Shown here piece after piece: positions 9,073 through 17,894 of a stretch of DNA of 56,477 bases. Where the stretch lies: NCBI GenBank assembly GCA_035480535.1, contig DATIHQ010000121.1, positions 1-56,477 of the forward strand, in the 5' to 3' direction. The notes below the pieces were generated by a model. The model did no database searches. It saw only the letters and a list, made by a program, of their open reading frames with translations, and was not told the DNA's origin. Source of the DNA: Chlamydiales bacterium. Lineage in GTDB: Bacteria > Chlamydiota > Chlamydiia > Chlamydiales > SM23-39. The translations under genes were made by a program, and so were the position numbers. Numbering within the stretch: position 1 is the stretch's first letter; each line of letters opens with the position of its first letter.

Positions 9073-9145
9073 TTTTCCTCCTGATTAAGGCATTTAAGAT
9101 ATGATAAAGAATTTTTTAATAGAAGAACTTTTTTCCGTTCATGCT

Positions 9146-10513
9146 ATGCTTCTCTCCATGTCTTCGCTCTATCAAACAGGAAATACCATTGCAGCCATCA
9201 CCACCCCGCCTGGGGAAGGGGCCATCGCTGTCATCCGGATCTCGGGTCCCAAAGCCTTTGAGATCGCGGGAGCCCTTTTTTCAGGCCCCGTTCAAACGTA
9301 CAAAAGCCACACCGCCCATTATGGAAATATTTTAAGCCAAGAGGGGAAAGTCCTCGATAGCGTCCTGTTGCTGGTTATGAAGAACCCCCATTCCTACACC
9401 GGCGAAGATACAGTAGAAATTTCTTGTCACGGGGGGAGCCTTGTCACGCGACGCGTCCTCCAGCGAATTTTTGAAGCGGGGGCCCAGCCAGCCAAGCCGG
9501 GGGAGTTTTCCTTCCAAGCCTATATGAATGGCAAGCTCGATCTAGCGCAGGCAGAGGCGGTGCAGCAATTGATCGCAGCCAAAAGCGAACTCGCCCTTGA
9601 ATCGGCTGAGCGACAATTGCAGGGCGCCCTCTCTGAAACCATCTCTCACTATCAAAAAGAGCTAACCGAGACGGCGGCGATTCTCGAAGCCTGGGTTGAT
9701 TTCCCTGAAGAGGGACTTGAATTTGCCACAATGGAAGAAATCGCTCAAACTCTGCATGCTATTTGCGAGCGGATGATTAAACTCCAACGTACTTTCCACG
9801 ATGGCAAAGCGCTTCATGAGGGGCTTTCCCTTTGCCTTCTCGGCTCCCCCAATGTGGGAAAATCCTCTCTCATGAATGCGCTGCTTGGGAAAGAGCGGGC
9901 GATTGTCACAGAAATCGCTGGAACCACGCGCGATCTTCTCGAAGAAGATTTACGCCTGGGCGGCCTTCATTTTCGCCTGATCGACACCGCCGGCATTCGC
10001 GACACGCAGGAAATTGTGGAACAAGAGGGAATCCGCCGCTCCCAAAAAGCGATGCAGGAAGCCGATCTCATTCTCCTCCTCCTCGATGCAAGCAGGCCTC
10101 TGCAGCCAAAAGATCACGAGCTTCTAAACACAACGCCCAAAGAAAAAACCATCGTCATCTGGAATAAAATTGATCTCGCAAAACCGACTCTCAACATCCC
10201 TTCCATCCAAATCTCGGTGAAAGAGAAAATCGGCTTTGACACCTTGCGCGAAACAATTGAAAAACTCATCTGGAAACATGGCCCTCCATCGAAAGAAGAA
10301 GTAGTGATCACCCGTCTGCGCCATCATGAAGCCTTGACGCAGGCGATCCTTTCATGCCAAGCTGTCATCAAAGGTTTAAGAGAGGGGATTTCGGCTGAGT
10401 TTGTCGCCTCTGACATGCGCAATTGCCTCCATGAGCTAGGCAAAATCATCGGGACGAATGTCACAGAAGATATCCTCACTGCCATCTTCTCAAAATTTTG
10501 TCTGGGAAAATGA
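9146..10513 (+). CDS. mnmE: tRNA modification GTPase MnmE
   Basis: IAAITTPPG, SYTGEDTVE, GKLDLAQAE, GSPNVGKSSL, GTTRD, DTAGIR, NKID, C-terminal FCLGK; start uncertain (9146 or 9158). Confidence 0.96.
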   Translation: MLLSMSSLYQTGNTIAAITTPPGEGAIAVIRISGPKAFEIAGALFSGPVQTYKSHTAHYGNILSQEGKVLDSVLLLVMKNPHSYTGEDTVEISCHGGSLVTRRVLQRIFEAGAQPAKPGEFSFQAYMNGKLDLAQAEAVQQLIAAKSELALESAERQLQGALSETISHYQKELTETAAILEAWVDFPEEGLEFATMEEIAQTLHAICERMIKLQRTFHDGKALHEGLSLCLLGSPNVGKSSLMNALLGKERAIVTEIAGTTRDLLEEDLRLGGLHFRLIDTAGIRDTQEIVEQEGIRRSQKAMQEADLILLLLDASRPLQPKDHELLNTTPKEKTIVIWNKIDLAKPTLNIPSIQISVKEKIGFDTLRETIEKLIWKHGPPSKEEVVITRLRHHEALTQAILSCQAVIKGLREGISAEFVASDMRNCLHELGKIIGTNVTEDILTAIFSKFCLGK

Positions 10514-11124
10514 AAAAAACAGAAAAAATCGGAAACATTCTTGATGAATTGTTCCCCCATCCAGAAATCCCGCTGGAACATTCCGATCCCTACACACTTC
10601 TCATCGCAGTTCTTCTTTCTGCGCAATGCACCGATGTGCGGGTGAATCAAGTGACTCCTAAATTATTTGCAAAAGCGAACACTCCCCAAAAAATGGTGCA
10701 GCTCGATGTAAAAGAAATCGAAGCGATCATCCGCCCCTGCGGCCTTGCGCCTACCAAATCTCGCGCCATTTGGAAGCTTTCTCAAGATCTCTTGGAACAC
10801 CACAGCGGAAAAGTGCCGAAAACACTCGAAGAATTAGAAGAATTGCCTGGAGTTGGGCATAAAACCGCCTCGGTCGTCATGGCGCAAGCCTTTCATCAGC
10901 CTGCATTCCCCGTCGACACGCATATCCATCGCTGCGCCCACCGCTGGGGCCTTAGCTCTGGTAAAACCGTTGTTCAAACCGAACGAGACCTAAAGCGCCT
11001 CTTTCCTAAAAAGGATTGGATCAAGCGCCATTTACAAATCATCTATTTTGCTCGAAAATATTGCCCCGCCCGCGGGCATAAAGCCAAAGAGTGTCCCATA
11101 TGCCATTTCTTGAAGAACAACTGA
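10510..11124 (+). CDS. nth: Endonuclease III
   Basis: LLSAQCTD, HhH motif LPGVGHKTA, PVDTHIHR; ATGA overlap with mnmE stop. Confidence 0.94.
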   Translation: MKKTEKIGNILDELFPHPEIPLEHSDPYTLLIAVLLSAQCTDVRVNQVTPKLFAKANTPQKMVQLDVKEIEAIIRPCGLAPTKSRAIWKLSQDLLEHHSGKVPKTLEELEELPGVGHKTASVVMAQAFHQPAFPVDTHIHRCAHRWGLSSGKTVVQTERDLKRLFPKKDWIKRHLQIIYFARKYCPARGHKAKECPICHFLKNN

Positions 11125-11951
11125 ATTTTGTGATTTGGGTCTCTCAAATGAGAGGACCCCTTCTCGATCCCTTCTTCCGCTTTCTGAACTATTTCGACAC
11201 GAGCTATTTCTACTTTATCCTCATTCCTCTCGTGTGGATCGGCTTTTCCTATCGATGGGGGATTCGTCTCGCTTATCTCTCCTTAATCAGCAACAACGTC
11301 ATCCACATAGTGAAAAACTACTTTGAATGGCCCCGCCCAAGCCATCTTGTCCCAGGACTCGGCCTCTTTGACTTTCAAAGCTACAGCTTTCCCAGCGGGG
11401 GAGCGCAGATGTCCTTTCTTCTAGGCGGTCTTCTGATCTACTACGGAAAAAGCCGTCTCACAACAATCATCGGCCTCACCTACATCTTCCTAATCAGCTT
11501 TTCGCGGATCTATCTGGGCGTTCATTTCCCTGGCGATGTTCTCGGCGGGTGGTTTTTTGCTGCGATTCTGCTTTTTCTTTTCATCCGCTTCATTGAACCG
11601 ATTGAAGCCTTCCTGAAAAAGAAAGGGCTTATCTTTGCTTTTATCATCAGCCAATCGCTTCCCCTTCTTTACCTCGCCATCACCCATCGAGGAGTCTCTG
11701 AAATGGCAGGAGCCATGGCGATGGGCTTAGGGATTTGCCTTTCTTTCCATTACAAACTCTACCTTCCGCCGCCAAAAACCATTCTCATCGGACTTTTCCG
11801 CGCTCTTCTTGCGGTCGCTGGCGTCTATCTCTTCTACTTCTTCTGGCCAAAACAGCTTTCCCGTCCAGTGCAATCTTTCACAATTAGCCTCTGGCTCAGT
11901 CTAATCGCAAGCCCTATTTGTAACTTCTTTTTACGGAGCAAAAACAAATAG
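11100..11951 (+). CDS. PAP2-family membrane phosphatase
   Basis: KxxxxxxRP (KNYFEWPRP), SFPSGG, SRIYLGVHFPGDV; several TM segments. The PSGH histidine appears as PSGG. Confidence 0.85.
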   Translation: MPFLEEQLNFVIWVSQMRGPLLDPFFRFLNYFDTSYFYFILIPLVWIGFSYRWGIRLAYLSLISNNVIHIVKNYFEWPRPSHLVPGLGLFDFQSYSFPSGGAQMSFLLGGLLIYYGKSRLTTIIGLTYIFLISFSRIYLGVHFPGDVLGGWFFAAILLFLFIRFIEPIEAFLKKKGLIFAFIISQSLPLLYLAITHRGVSEMAGAMAMGLGICLSFHYKLYLPPPKTILIGLFRALLAVAGVYLFYFFWPKQLSRPVQSFTISLWLSLIASPICNFFLRSKNK

Positions 11952-11962
11952 GGCTGCGAAAA

Positions 11963-12379
11963 TTAGTTTCTTATCCACGTGTCGGCTAAGCCAGGTGCGC
12001 CACCAAGCCACATGCCTTTAATGTCTTTGAAGAAAACGGTATCGCCATGATGGAAAATCCGGCAGTGTCCATAAGAAGGCGTCCCATTATCATAGATAAA
12101 ATGGGTTTGTGTAATCATCTTGAGAGGATCATTTCCTACATACTGAGAGGGAACTGTAAGAACCATGGTATAACCCGTAGTGATAAAAAAGTAGGCGATT
12201 TCTGGATCGCTCTCGGCAATTTGAATGGCCTTTTCCAGTGTGATGCCCCTTTCGAGGCGCACTGCATTCGCATAATCGGATTCTCCATACTGCGCTGCAT
12301 TGGCCTGCTGCCGCCAATTCTCATTTCCATAAACAGTTGCAAAAACTGTTATCATTAAAAAAATTAGTTTCGTTTTCAT
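11963..12379 (-). CDS. Hypothetical secreted protein
   Basis: 138 aa, SD GAGGT, signal-peptide-like N-terminus MKTKLIFLMITVFATVYG. Confidence 0.7.
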   Translation of the reverse strand: MKTKLIFLMITVFATVYGNENWRQQANAAQYGESDYANAVRLERGITLEKAIQIAESDPEIAYFFITTGYTMVLTVPSQYVGNDPLKMITQTHFIYDNGTPSYGHCRIFHHGDTVFFKDIKGMWLGGAPGLADTWIRN

Positions 12380-12434
12380 AATTACCTCATTGGGTTAAAG
12401 AGAAAGAGAGGCATTCTCAAGAAGTATCTAATTT

Positions 12435-13310
12435 CTAGCAAGAAATTCCGAGCGATTCGCCGAAGTTGGCGCGGGTTTCAAACCCGTTTTTGGTATTTTC
12501 AATGAGATCGGCATCGAATTGCACTCTGTTTTTTTCAAAGAGAAGAACAATGCAAGAGGCGCCAAATTCGAAATATCCTTTTTCTTCCCCTTTTTGCACA
12601 GCGCGATCGGGAGTGTACGTCTGATGAATGCTTCCAACTGACGTCGCTCCGATTTCTATGTAGAGAATCGTTCCATATTCCTCGCTATCGATCTCCGTAA
12701 TCATCCGCTTGTTTTCCCAAAAGATCGAAATTCTCTTCTGCAGCGCAATGGGATTGACCGAATAAAGAAGTCCATTGATAAGATTCGCCTCGCTGGGAAT
12801 GCCATCGCAAGGAAAATGGAAGCGGTGATAATCGCTAGGACAAAGGCGAGCAATTGCCATCGATCCTTCCGCGTAGCGATTCGCAAGCGCCGAATTTTGC
12901 AGAAACTCTTTCAGGGAAAATGGCTGCCCCTTAATCGAGAAACGATCGAATTGGGGATAGATTAGATAACGCCCATCGGCGGGCATTGCGAGGCGGTTCT
13001 TTACGATGGGACGACATTCAGACTTTAGCTTGCGGATGAAGAAATCATTGAATGATTTGAAATTGGATTCTAGAAATTCACTCTCATCAATTCCATACGT
13101 TTCAATAAAGGGTCTGATCTCTTTTGCGCTCTTTTCTTGTCTTTGCAGGTAGCCATACAATTGAGACGCGTAGGGAAATCGGGCAATGAGAGGAAGCATA
13201 ATTCTAGAAAAAAGAGAGCCCCCGTAAAGAAAAGAAAGAGCCTGATGGCCAAAGATCTTCTCCGTACATCTTTGGCCCCCTCTCCGATCTATGTAGATCA
13301 CTTCATTCAT
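12435..13310 (-). CDS. psd: Phosphatidylserine decarboxylase proenzyme
   Basis: SFNDFFIRKLK, PADGR, RLCPSDYHRFHFP, SVNP, EIGATSVGSI, KGEEKGYFEFGASCIV. Confidence 0.93.
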   Translation of the reverse strand: MNEVIYIDRRGGQRCTEKIFGHQALSFLYGGSLFSRIMLPLIARFPYASQLYGYLQRQEKSAKEIRPFIETYGIDESEFLESNFKSFNDFFIRKLKSECRPIVKNRLAMPADGRYLIYPQFDRFSIKGQPFSLKEFLQNSALANRYAEGSMAIARLCPSDYHRFHFPCDGIPSEANLINGLLYSVNPIALQKRISIFWENKRMITEIDSEEYGTILYIEIGATSVGSIHQTYTPDRAVQKGEEKGYFEFGASCIVLLFEKNRVQFDADLIENTKNGFETRANFGESLGISC

Positions 13311-13842
13311 AAATTTTTTCTATTCCTTTACATTCTGTGCGGAGCAAGGAATAAATGCAAAGGTCGAGGAATCTTCCTCTATGAAAAAAAGAGGATCGGG
13401 CAATCCCTTCAAACTGAAATCCAGCCTTTTTGGCCAAATGTAAAGCGGCTTTACAATAGTCTGGAACAGAGAATTGCAGCCTCTCAACTTTCTGTGTAGC
13501 AAAGAGATAACTGCAAAATAAGGGAAGCGCCGCAGCCATGAGTCCCTGCCCGCGATCCTCTCTTTGAAAGATGTAACAGCGCAAATCAAGGCAATCGAAA
13601 AGCTTCTGTTTTTCATACCAAAGAGCTCCCACCAAACGCCCTTCCGGCAAAATAATCAATAGCGTTCCTTTTTCCTCTCCCCAAAAACCAGTTTCATGGA
13701 AATCCTTACGAAATTGATGTTCTGATAAAAGATTGCTGGGAAGATATTCCCCCTTGTGGCGAATGGAATCGAGAACTTGATAGAGTTCAATTAAATCGCC
13801 CTCTTTGACGGTCCGCAGATGAAAGCGTTCATTTTCGATCAT
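13303..13842 (-). CDS. GNAT N-acetyltransferase (RimJ/RimL family)
   Basis: RGQGLM acetyl-CoA motif, KAGFQFEGIAR, 179 aa. Confidence 0.85.
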   Translation of the reverse strand: MIENERFHLRTVKEGDLIELYQVLDSIRHKGEYLPSNLLSEHQFRKDFHETGFWGEEKGTLLIILPEGRLVGALWYEKQKLFDCLDLRCYIFQREDRGQGLMAAALPLFCSYLFATQKVERLQFSVPDYCKAALHLAKKAGFQFEGIARSSFFHRGRFLDLCIYSLLRTECKGIEKIYE

Positions 13843-13932
13843 AAGTACAGAATCATAACACCACCCACTTTATTATCAAATTAAACCAAAATTTATTTGT
13901 ATAATTCAAAATTTTACATTAAAATTTATACC

Positions 13933-13961
13933 TTGTAAGAAATGCCATTCCCTATTAAAAT
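13933..13961 (+). promoter_or_regulatory. Putative sigma66/sigma70 promoter of secA
   Basis: TTGTAA-17 bp-TAAAAT, 24 bp upstream of the secA ATG in an AT-rich spacer. Confidence 0.6.
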
Positions 13962-13985
13962 TTTGTCAAAGTTGATAGGGTCTCT

Positions 13986-16901
13986 ATGTTTGGTCTATTG
14001 AAATCACTTTTTGGAACGCATCAGTCCCGTTTGCTAAAGAAATATTGGAAACTCGTCCCCCAAGTCAATGCTTGGGAAGAGAAATTTCAAAAATTTTCTG
14101 ATGAAGAACTCCGTCATAAGACGATTGAATTCAAAGAAAGATTAGCAAAAGGGGAGCCTCTGGAATCTCTCATTCCGGAAGCTTTTGGAGCGGTAAAAAA
14201 CGTTTGCCGCAGGCTTTGCGGCACGGACGTGCATGTCTCTGGATATGACCAAAAATGGGACATGATTCCCTATGATGTCCAAATTTTGGGCGCAATTGCG
14301 ATGTTCCAAGGCTCGATTGCCGAGATGCAAACGGGGGAGGGAAAAACGCTGACCGCCTCTATGCCGCTCTATCTTCACGCAGTCACGGGCAAACCTGTCC
14401 ACCTCGTCACGGTCAATGACTATCTCGCCAAGCGCGACTGCGAATGGATTGGCTCCATTTTCCGCCGCCTCGGCCTCACCGTCACCTACCTCACAAATGA
14501 TGTGCCTCCTCACAAGCGCAAAGAGACCTACGCCGCCGATATCGTCTATGGGACGGCCTCTGAATTTGGCTTTGATTATCTCCGCGACAATTCAATGGCG
14601 ATGCACAAAAATGAACAGGTGCAGCGAGGCCATTACTTTGCGATGGTCGATGAAATCGACTCGATCCTCATCGACGAAGCGCGCACGCCGCTCATCATTT
14701 CAGGCCCCGTTCCTGAAAGCCGCCAAATGTACGACGAATTAAAAGAGGGCGTGGCTCACATTGTCCGGATCCAGCGCGATTCGTGCAATCGCCTGGCCAC
14801 CGAAGCGCGCCGCACGCTCGATTCTCTCGGTCTTTTCGAAGAGGAAGCGGCTCCTCGCAAACTGACCAAAGAGGAAGAAGAAAAGAAAAACGAAGCCTTT
14901 AAACATCTTTGGCTCTCCAGCAAAGGAACGCCGCGCAATAAGATCATCAAACGGGTGAAAGAAAATCCCGATATGCGAGCGGAAATCGACAAGTGGGAAA
15001 CCTATTTTTACGGCGAGCAGAATAAAGAAGAGAAATTCGATACGCTCGCTGCCCTCTACATGATTGTCGATGAGCGAAATAATGAGTTTGAGCTCACCGA
15101 TAAGGGAATTCGCGCTTGGAGCGAATTCAAAGAGGGCGTTGGCGCCGATGATTTTGTGATGTTTGACCTCGGCCATGAATATGCCACCATCGATCAAAAT
15201 CCAGCCCTCTCTGATCCAGAGAAGATGCAAGCCAAAATTTCTCTGCGCGAGCAAGATTCAAAGAGAAAAGAGAGAGCCCACAACCTGCGCCAGATGCTTC
15301 GCGCCCATCTTCTCATGGAAAAAGACATCGACTACATCGTTCAAGAGAATAAGATCATCATCATCGATGAAAATACGGGACGTCCGCAGCCAGGGCGTCG
15401 CTTCTCCGATGGCCTCCACCAAGCGATCGAGGCAAAAGAAGATGTCGCAATCCAAGGGGAAACGCAAACATACGCCACCATCACGCTGCAAAACTATTTC
15501 CGCATGTACGACAAGCTCTCCGGCATGACCGGTACAGCGATGACGGAAGCGAATGAATTCAAAGAGATCTATAAACTCGAGGTCCTTGAAATTCCCACTC
15601 ACCGCGATTGCCAAAGGGAAGATTTCGACGATGAGATCTACATGACAGAGAGGGAAAAATACAACGCCATCTTAAAAGAGATCAAAAATCTCCATGAAAA
15701 AGGGCGCCCCATCCTCATCGGCACAGATTCTGTCGAAACTTCAGAAAAACTCTCCCGCATTCTCAAGCAAAACAAACTCGAGCACACAATTCTCAATGCG
15801 AAAAACCACGCGAAAGAAGCCGAAATCATCGCCGATGCAGGGAAAAAAGGAGCCATCACTCTCGCCACTAATATGGCGGGGCGTGGAACAGACATTAAAC
15901 TCAAAGAAGGCGTTCTCGAAGTAGGCGGACTCCACGTCATTGCCACCACGCGCCACCAATCGCGCCGCATCGACCGCCAGCTGCGAGGCCGCTCAGGCCG
16001 CCTCGGCGATCCCGGTTCTTCCAAATTCTTTGTCTCTTTCGAAGATTCGCTCATGCGCCTTTTCTCTTCCCCCCGCATGACCGCACTTCTCCAACGTTTC
16101 CGCCCCCCCGAAGGGGAGCCCATCTCTGCGAAAGTGCTCAATAAATCGATTGAAACAGCCCAAAAACGGGTAGAGCAGCGCAATTACACCATCCGCAAAC
16201 ACACGCTTGAATATGACGATGTGATGAATAAGCAGCGCAAAGAAGTCTATGCATTCCGCAACGATCTTCTCTTTGCTGAGAACGCGATCCAAATCGCCGA
16301 AGAGCTCCTCGATGCCGTCGCGCACCAGATGGCCGCCCCCTTCCTCGCCAACCGCAAAGGAGAAAAAGGTTGGGATCCCACAGCCTTCCGCAACACACTC
16401 CTCACTCACTTCCCAGTCACCTTCGAAGAAAATGATCTCGAAAATGACTATCTCACTACGCAAGACATCGAGAAGAAACTCAAAGAAAAGATCCTCACTA
16501 CATTCCAACAAAAGCTCTTTTTTCAAAGACAGCTTCTCTCCTCCTTCCGCCCCGATCTCAACGACGCGGAAAAAGCGCAAAATGTCCTCCAAGAAGTCGT
16601 GCGCAACCTCATGGTCCGCGAAATCGACAAACTCTGGCAAGAGCACCTTCTCCACATCGATCATCTCCGCTCTGACGTCCACATGCGCACCGTAGGGCAA
16701 AAAGATCCTCTCCTCGAGTTTAAACACGAATCGTTCACTCTCTTCGACGCCTTCTCTCAAAACTTACGCCTTGAAATCACTCGAGACCTCTTCCGCTTTG
16801 AGATGATGCCCCAATCGCCGCAGCAGAAACTGCAGCAAACCCTCTCCCAACTGCAGCGCAGCCCCAAGCGAACACCCAAAAAAATTGGTGAACTCACTTG
16901 A
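13986..16901 (+). CDS. secA: Preprotein translocase ATPase SecA
   Basis: EMQTGEGKTL, TVNDYLAKRD, DEIDSILIDEARTPLIISG, GRRFSDGLHQAIEAKE, TNMAGRGTDI, QLRGRSGRLGDPG. Confidence 0.98.
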   Translation: MFGLLKSLFGTHQSRLLKKYWKLVPQVNAWEEKFQKFSDEELRHKTIEFKERLAKGEPLESLIPEAFGAVKNVCRRLCGTDVHVSGYDQKWDMIPYDVQILGAIAMFQGSIAEMQTGEGKTLTASMPLYLHAVTGKPVHLVTVNDYLAKRDCEWIGSIFRRLGLTVTYLTNDVPPHKRKETYAADIVYGTASEFGFDYLRDNSMAMHKNEQVQRGHYFAMVDEIDSILIDEARTPLIISGPVPESRQMYDELKEGVAHIVRIQRDSCNRLATEARRTLDSLGLFEEEAAPRKLTKEEEEKKNEAFKHLWLSSKGTPRNKIIKRVKENPDMRAEIDKWETYFYGEQNKEEKFDTLAALYMIVDERNNEFELTDKGIRAWSEFKEGVGADDFVMFDLGHEYATIDQNPALSDPEKMQAKISLREQDSKRKERAHNLRQMLRAHLLMEKDIDYIVQENKIIIIDENTGRPQPGRRFSDGLHQAIEAKEDVAIQGETQTYATITLQNYFRMYDKLSGMTGTAMTEANEFKEIYKLEVLEIPTHRDCQREDFDDEIYMTEREKYNAILKEIKNLHEKGRPILIGTDSVETSEKLSRILKQNKLEHTILNAKNHAKEAEIIADAGKKGAITLATNMAGRGTDIKLKEGVLEVGGLHVIATTRHQSRRIDRQLRGRSGRLGDPGSSKFFVSFEDSLMRLFSSPRMTALLQRFRPPEGEPISAKVLNKSIETAQKRVEQRNYTIRKHTLEYDDVMNKQRKEVYAFRNDLLFAENAIQIAEELLDAVAHQMAAPFLANRKGEKGWDPTAFRNTLLTHFPVTFEENDLENDYLTTQDIEKKLKEKILTTFQQKLFFQRQLLSSFRPDLNDAEKAQNVLQEVVRNLMVREIDKLWQEHLLHIDHLRSDVHMRTVGQKDPLLEFKHESFTLFDAFSQNLRLEITRDLFRFEMMPQSPQQKLQQTLSQLQRSPKRTPKKIGELT

Positions 16902-17461
16902 AATTCCGCACCCTCATTCTCTCCCTCCTCGCCCTGAGCTTCGTCGCCACGCTCTTCGCCGAGGAGAAAACAGAAACCCCTAAACAAGCCCAAGCCTTTG
17001 GCCACACCCAATATGGCGCCGTCGTCCTCGACTCCATCCAAGGCAACGGCCTCCTCAAGCTCAACGGCACCTCCGTCACCCACACCCTCCACATGGAAGG
17101 AAGCCTCCTCTCCCAAGGCGCCCACATCGGCACCCTCGAAGTCCTTGGCGAGGCCAACCTCACCAACACCACCATCCAAAACGCCAGCTTCATCTTCGGC
17201 TCCCTCCAAGCCGTCCATTCCACCTTCCTCCAGCCCATCACGCTTCTCACCCAAAAAGCCACCTTTACCCACACCAAGCTCCAAGGAATCACCGTCCAAA
17301 AGGACCAAGGCTACAAAGGCAAGCAAGTCCTCGAGCTTCGCCAGAACACCCTCGTAGACGGCCCCATCCACTTTGAATCGGGCAAAGGGGAGGTCCTCCT
17401 CTACCCCGGCTCCCACGTCATCGGCAAAGTCACCGGCGGCAAAGTCATCAAAAAGAACTAA
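16898..17461 (+). CDS. Hypothetical secreted protein, possible beta-solenoid
   Basis: Signal peptide MKFRTLILSLLALSFVATLFA; 4-nt overlap with secA stop; repetitive short beta-strand and Gly pattern. Confidence 0.8.
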   Translation: MKFRTLILSLLALSFVATLFAEEKTETPKQAQAFGHTQYGAVVLDSIQGNGLLKLNGTSVTHTLHMEGSLLSQGAHIGTLEVLGEANLTNTTIQNASFIFGSLQAVHSTFLQPITLLTQKATFTHTKLQGITVQKDQGYKGKQVLELRQNTLVDGPIHFESGKGEVLLYPGSHVIGKVTGGKVIKKN

Positions 17462-17521
17462 GCCCTTTATTATCAACAACTTAATAAAATAAAGTATTTA
17501 TCGCATAACAATACAAATTTA

Positions 17522-17530
17522 TGCTATAAT
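17522..17530 (+). promoter_or_regulatory. Extended -10 promoter element
   Basis: TGCTATAAT 20 bp upstream of ATG 17551. Confidence 0.5.
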
Positions 17531-17550
17531 ATAATAAAAAGAAGATTAAT

Positions 17551-17856
17551 ATGAGCCATATAACAGAAGTTAATAACGCTCCTTTTAGCCGATTATATAA
17601 AGACGAGGGAATAGAACACCTTGCCTCTACTAACCGACTTGCTACTGTTTATGCAGTGACGGATGCGATCATTAACCAAATGAGATCAAAATGTGGTCGA
17701 ATTCTCTATTTCATTTTGCGGGTGTTTGGATATGAAAAAAGAGTCAGGAGTATTGTCGATCGAATTCTTCTGGCACCTCAAACACCTTTCTATTACGGAG
17801 TAACGACCCTCACAAGATACGGCGAACACCTTCGCCGTAAGCAACGCGCGCAATAA
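17551..17856 (+). CDS. Hypothetical protein (orphan, AT-rich)
   Basis: 101-aa ORF with its own promoter-like element; no recognisable motif. Confidence 0.6.
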   Translation: MSHITEVNNAPFSRLYKDEGIEHLASTNRLATVYAVTDAIINQMRSKCGRILYFILRVFGYEKRVRSIVDRILLAPQTPFYYGVTTLTRYGEHLRRKQRAQ

Positions 17857-17894
17857 AGTTTTAAAAAATATTTTTCTGGGCTATATCAAGTTAT

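Noticed and set aside
11055-11124. Nth with only three Cys in the Fe-S motif
   Set aside because: The same C-x9-C-x2-C pattern is recalled for other chlamydial Nth proteins; not distinctive.
13435-13455. CAAATGTAAAGC-GGCTTTACA, a one-base-shorter version of the repeat core inside the GNAT gene
   Set aside because: It lacks the flanking segments shared by the other copies and encodes an ordinary GNAT stretch (CKAALHL). It could be a decayed fourth copy, but chance cannot be excluded.
14740-15300. Large insertion in SecA and absence of the C-terminal zinc-binding motif
   Set aside because: To my knowledge both are ordinary features of chlamydial SecA.
15993-17479. Long antisense ORFs (15993-16760, 16757-17479; likewise 33674-34060, 43466-43873, 50786-51415, 52459-52938)
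   Set aside because: Shadow ORFs. The sense genes use NNC codons and avoid TTA/CTA/TCA, so the opposite strand lacks stops. The translations are Glu/Gly/Val-biased with no motifs.
17503-17524. GCATAA-N10-TTATGC inverted repeat over the promoter of the 17551 orphan
   Set aside because: Only 6-bp arms in very AT-rich DNA and seen once; not distinguishable from chance.
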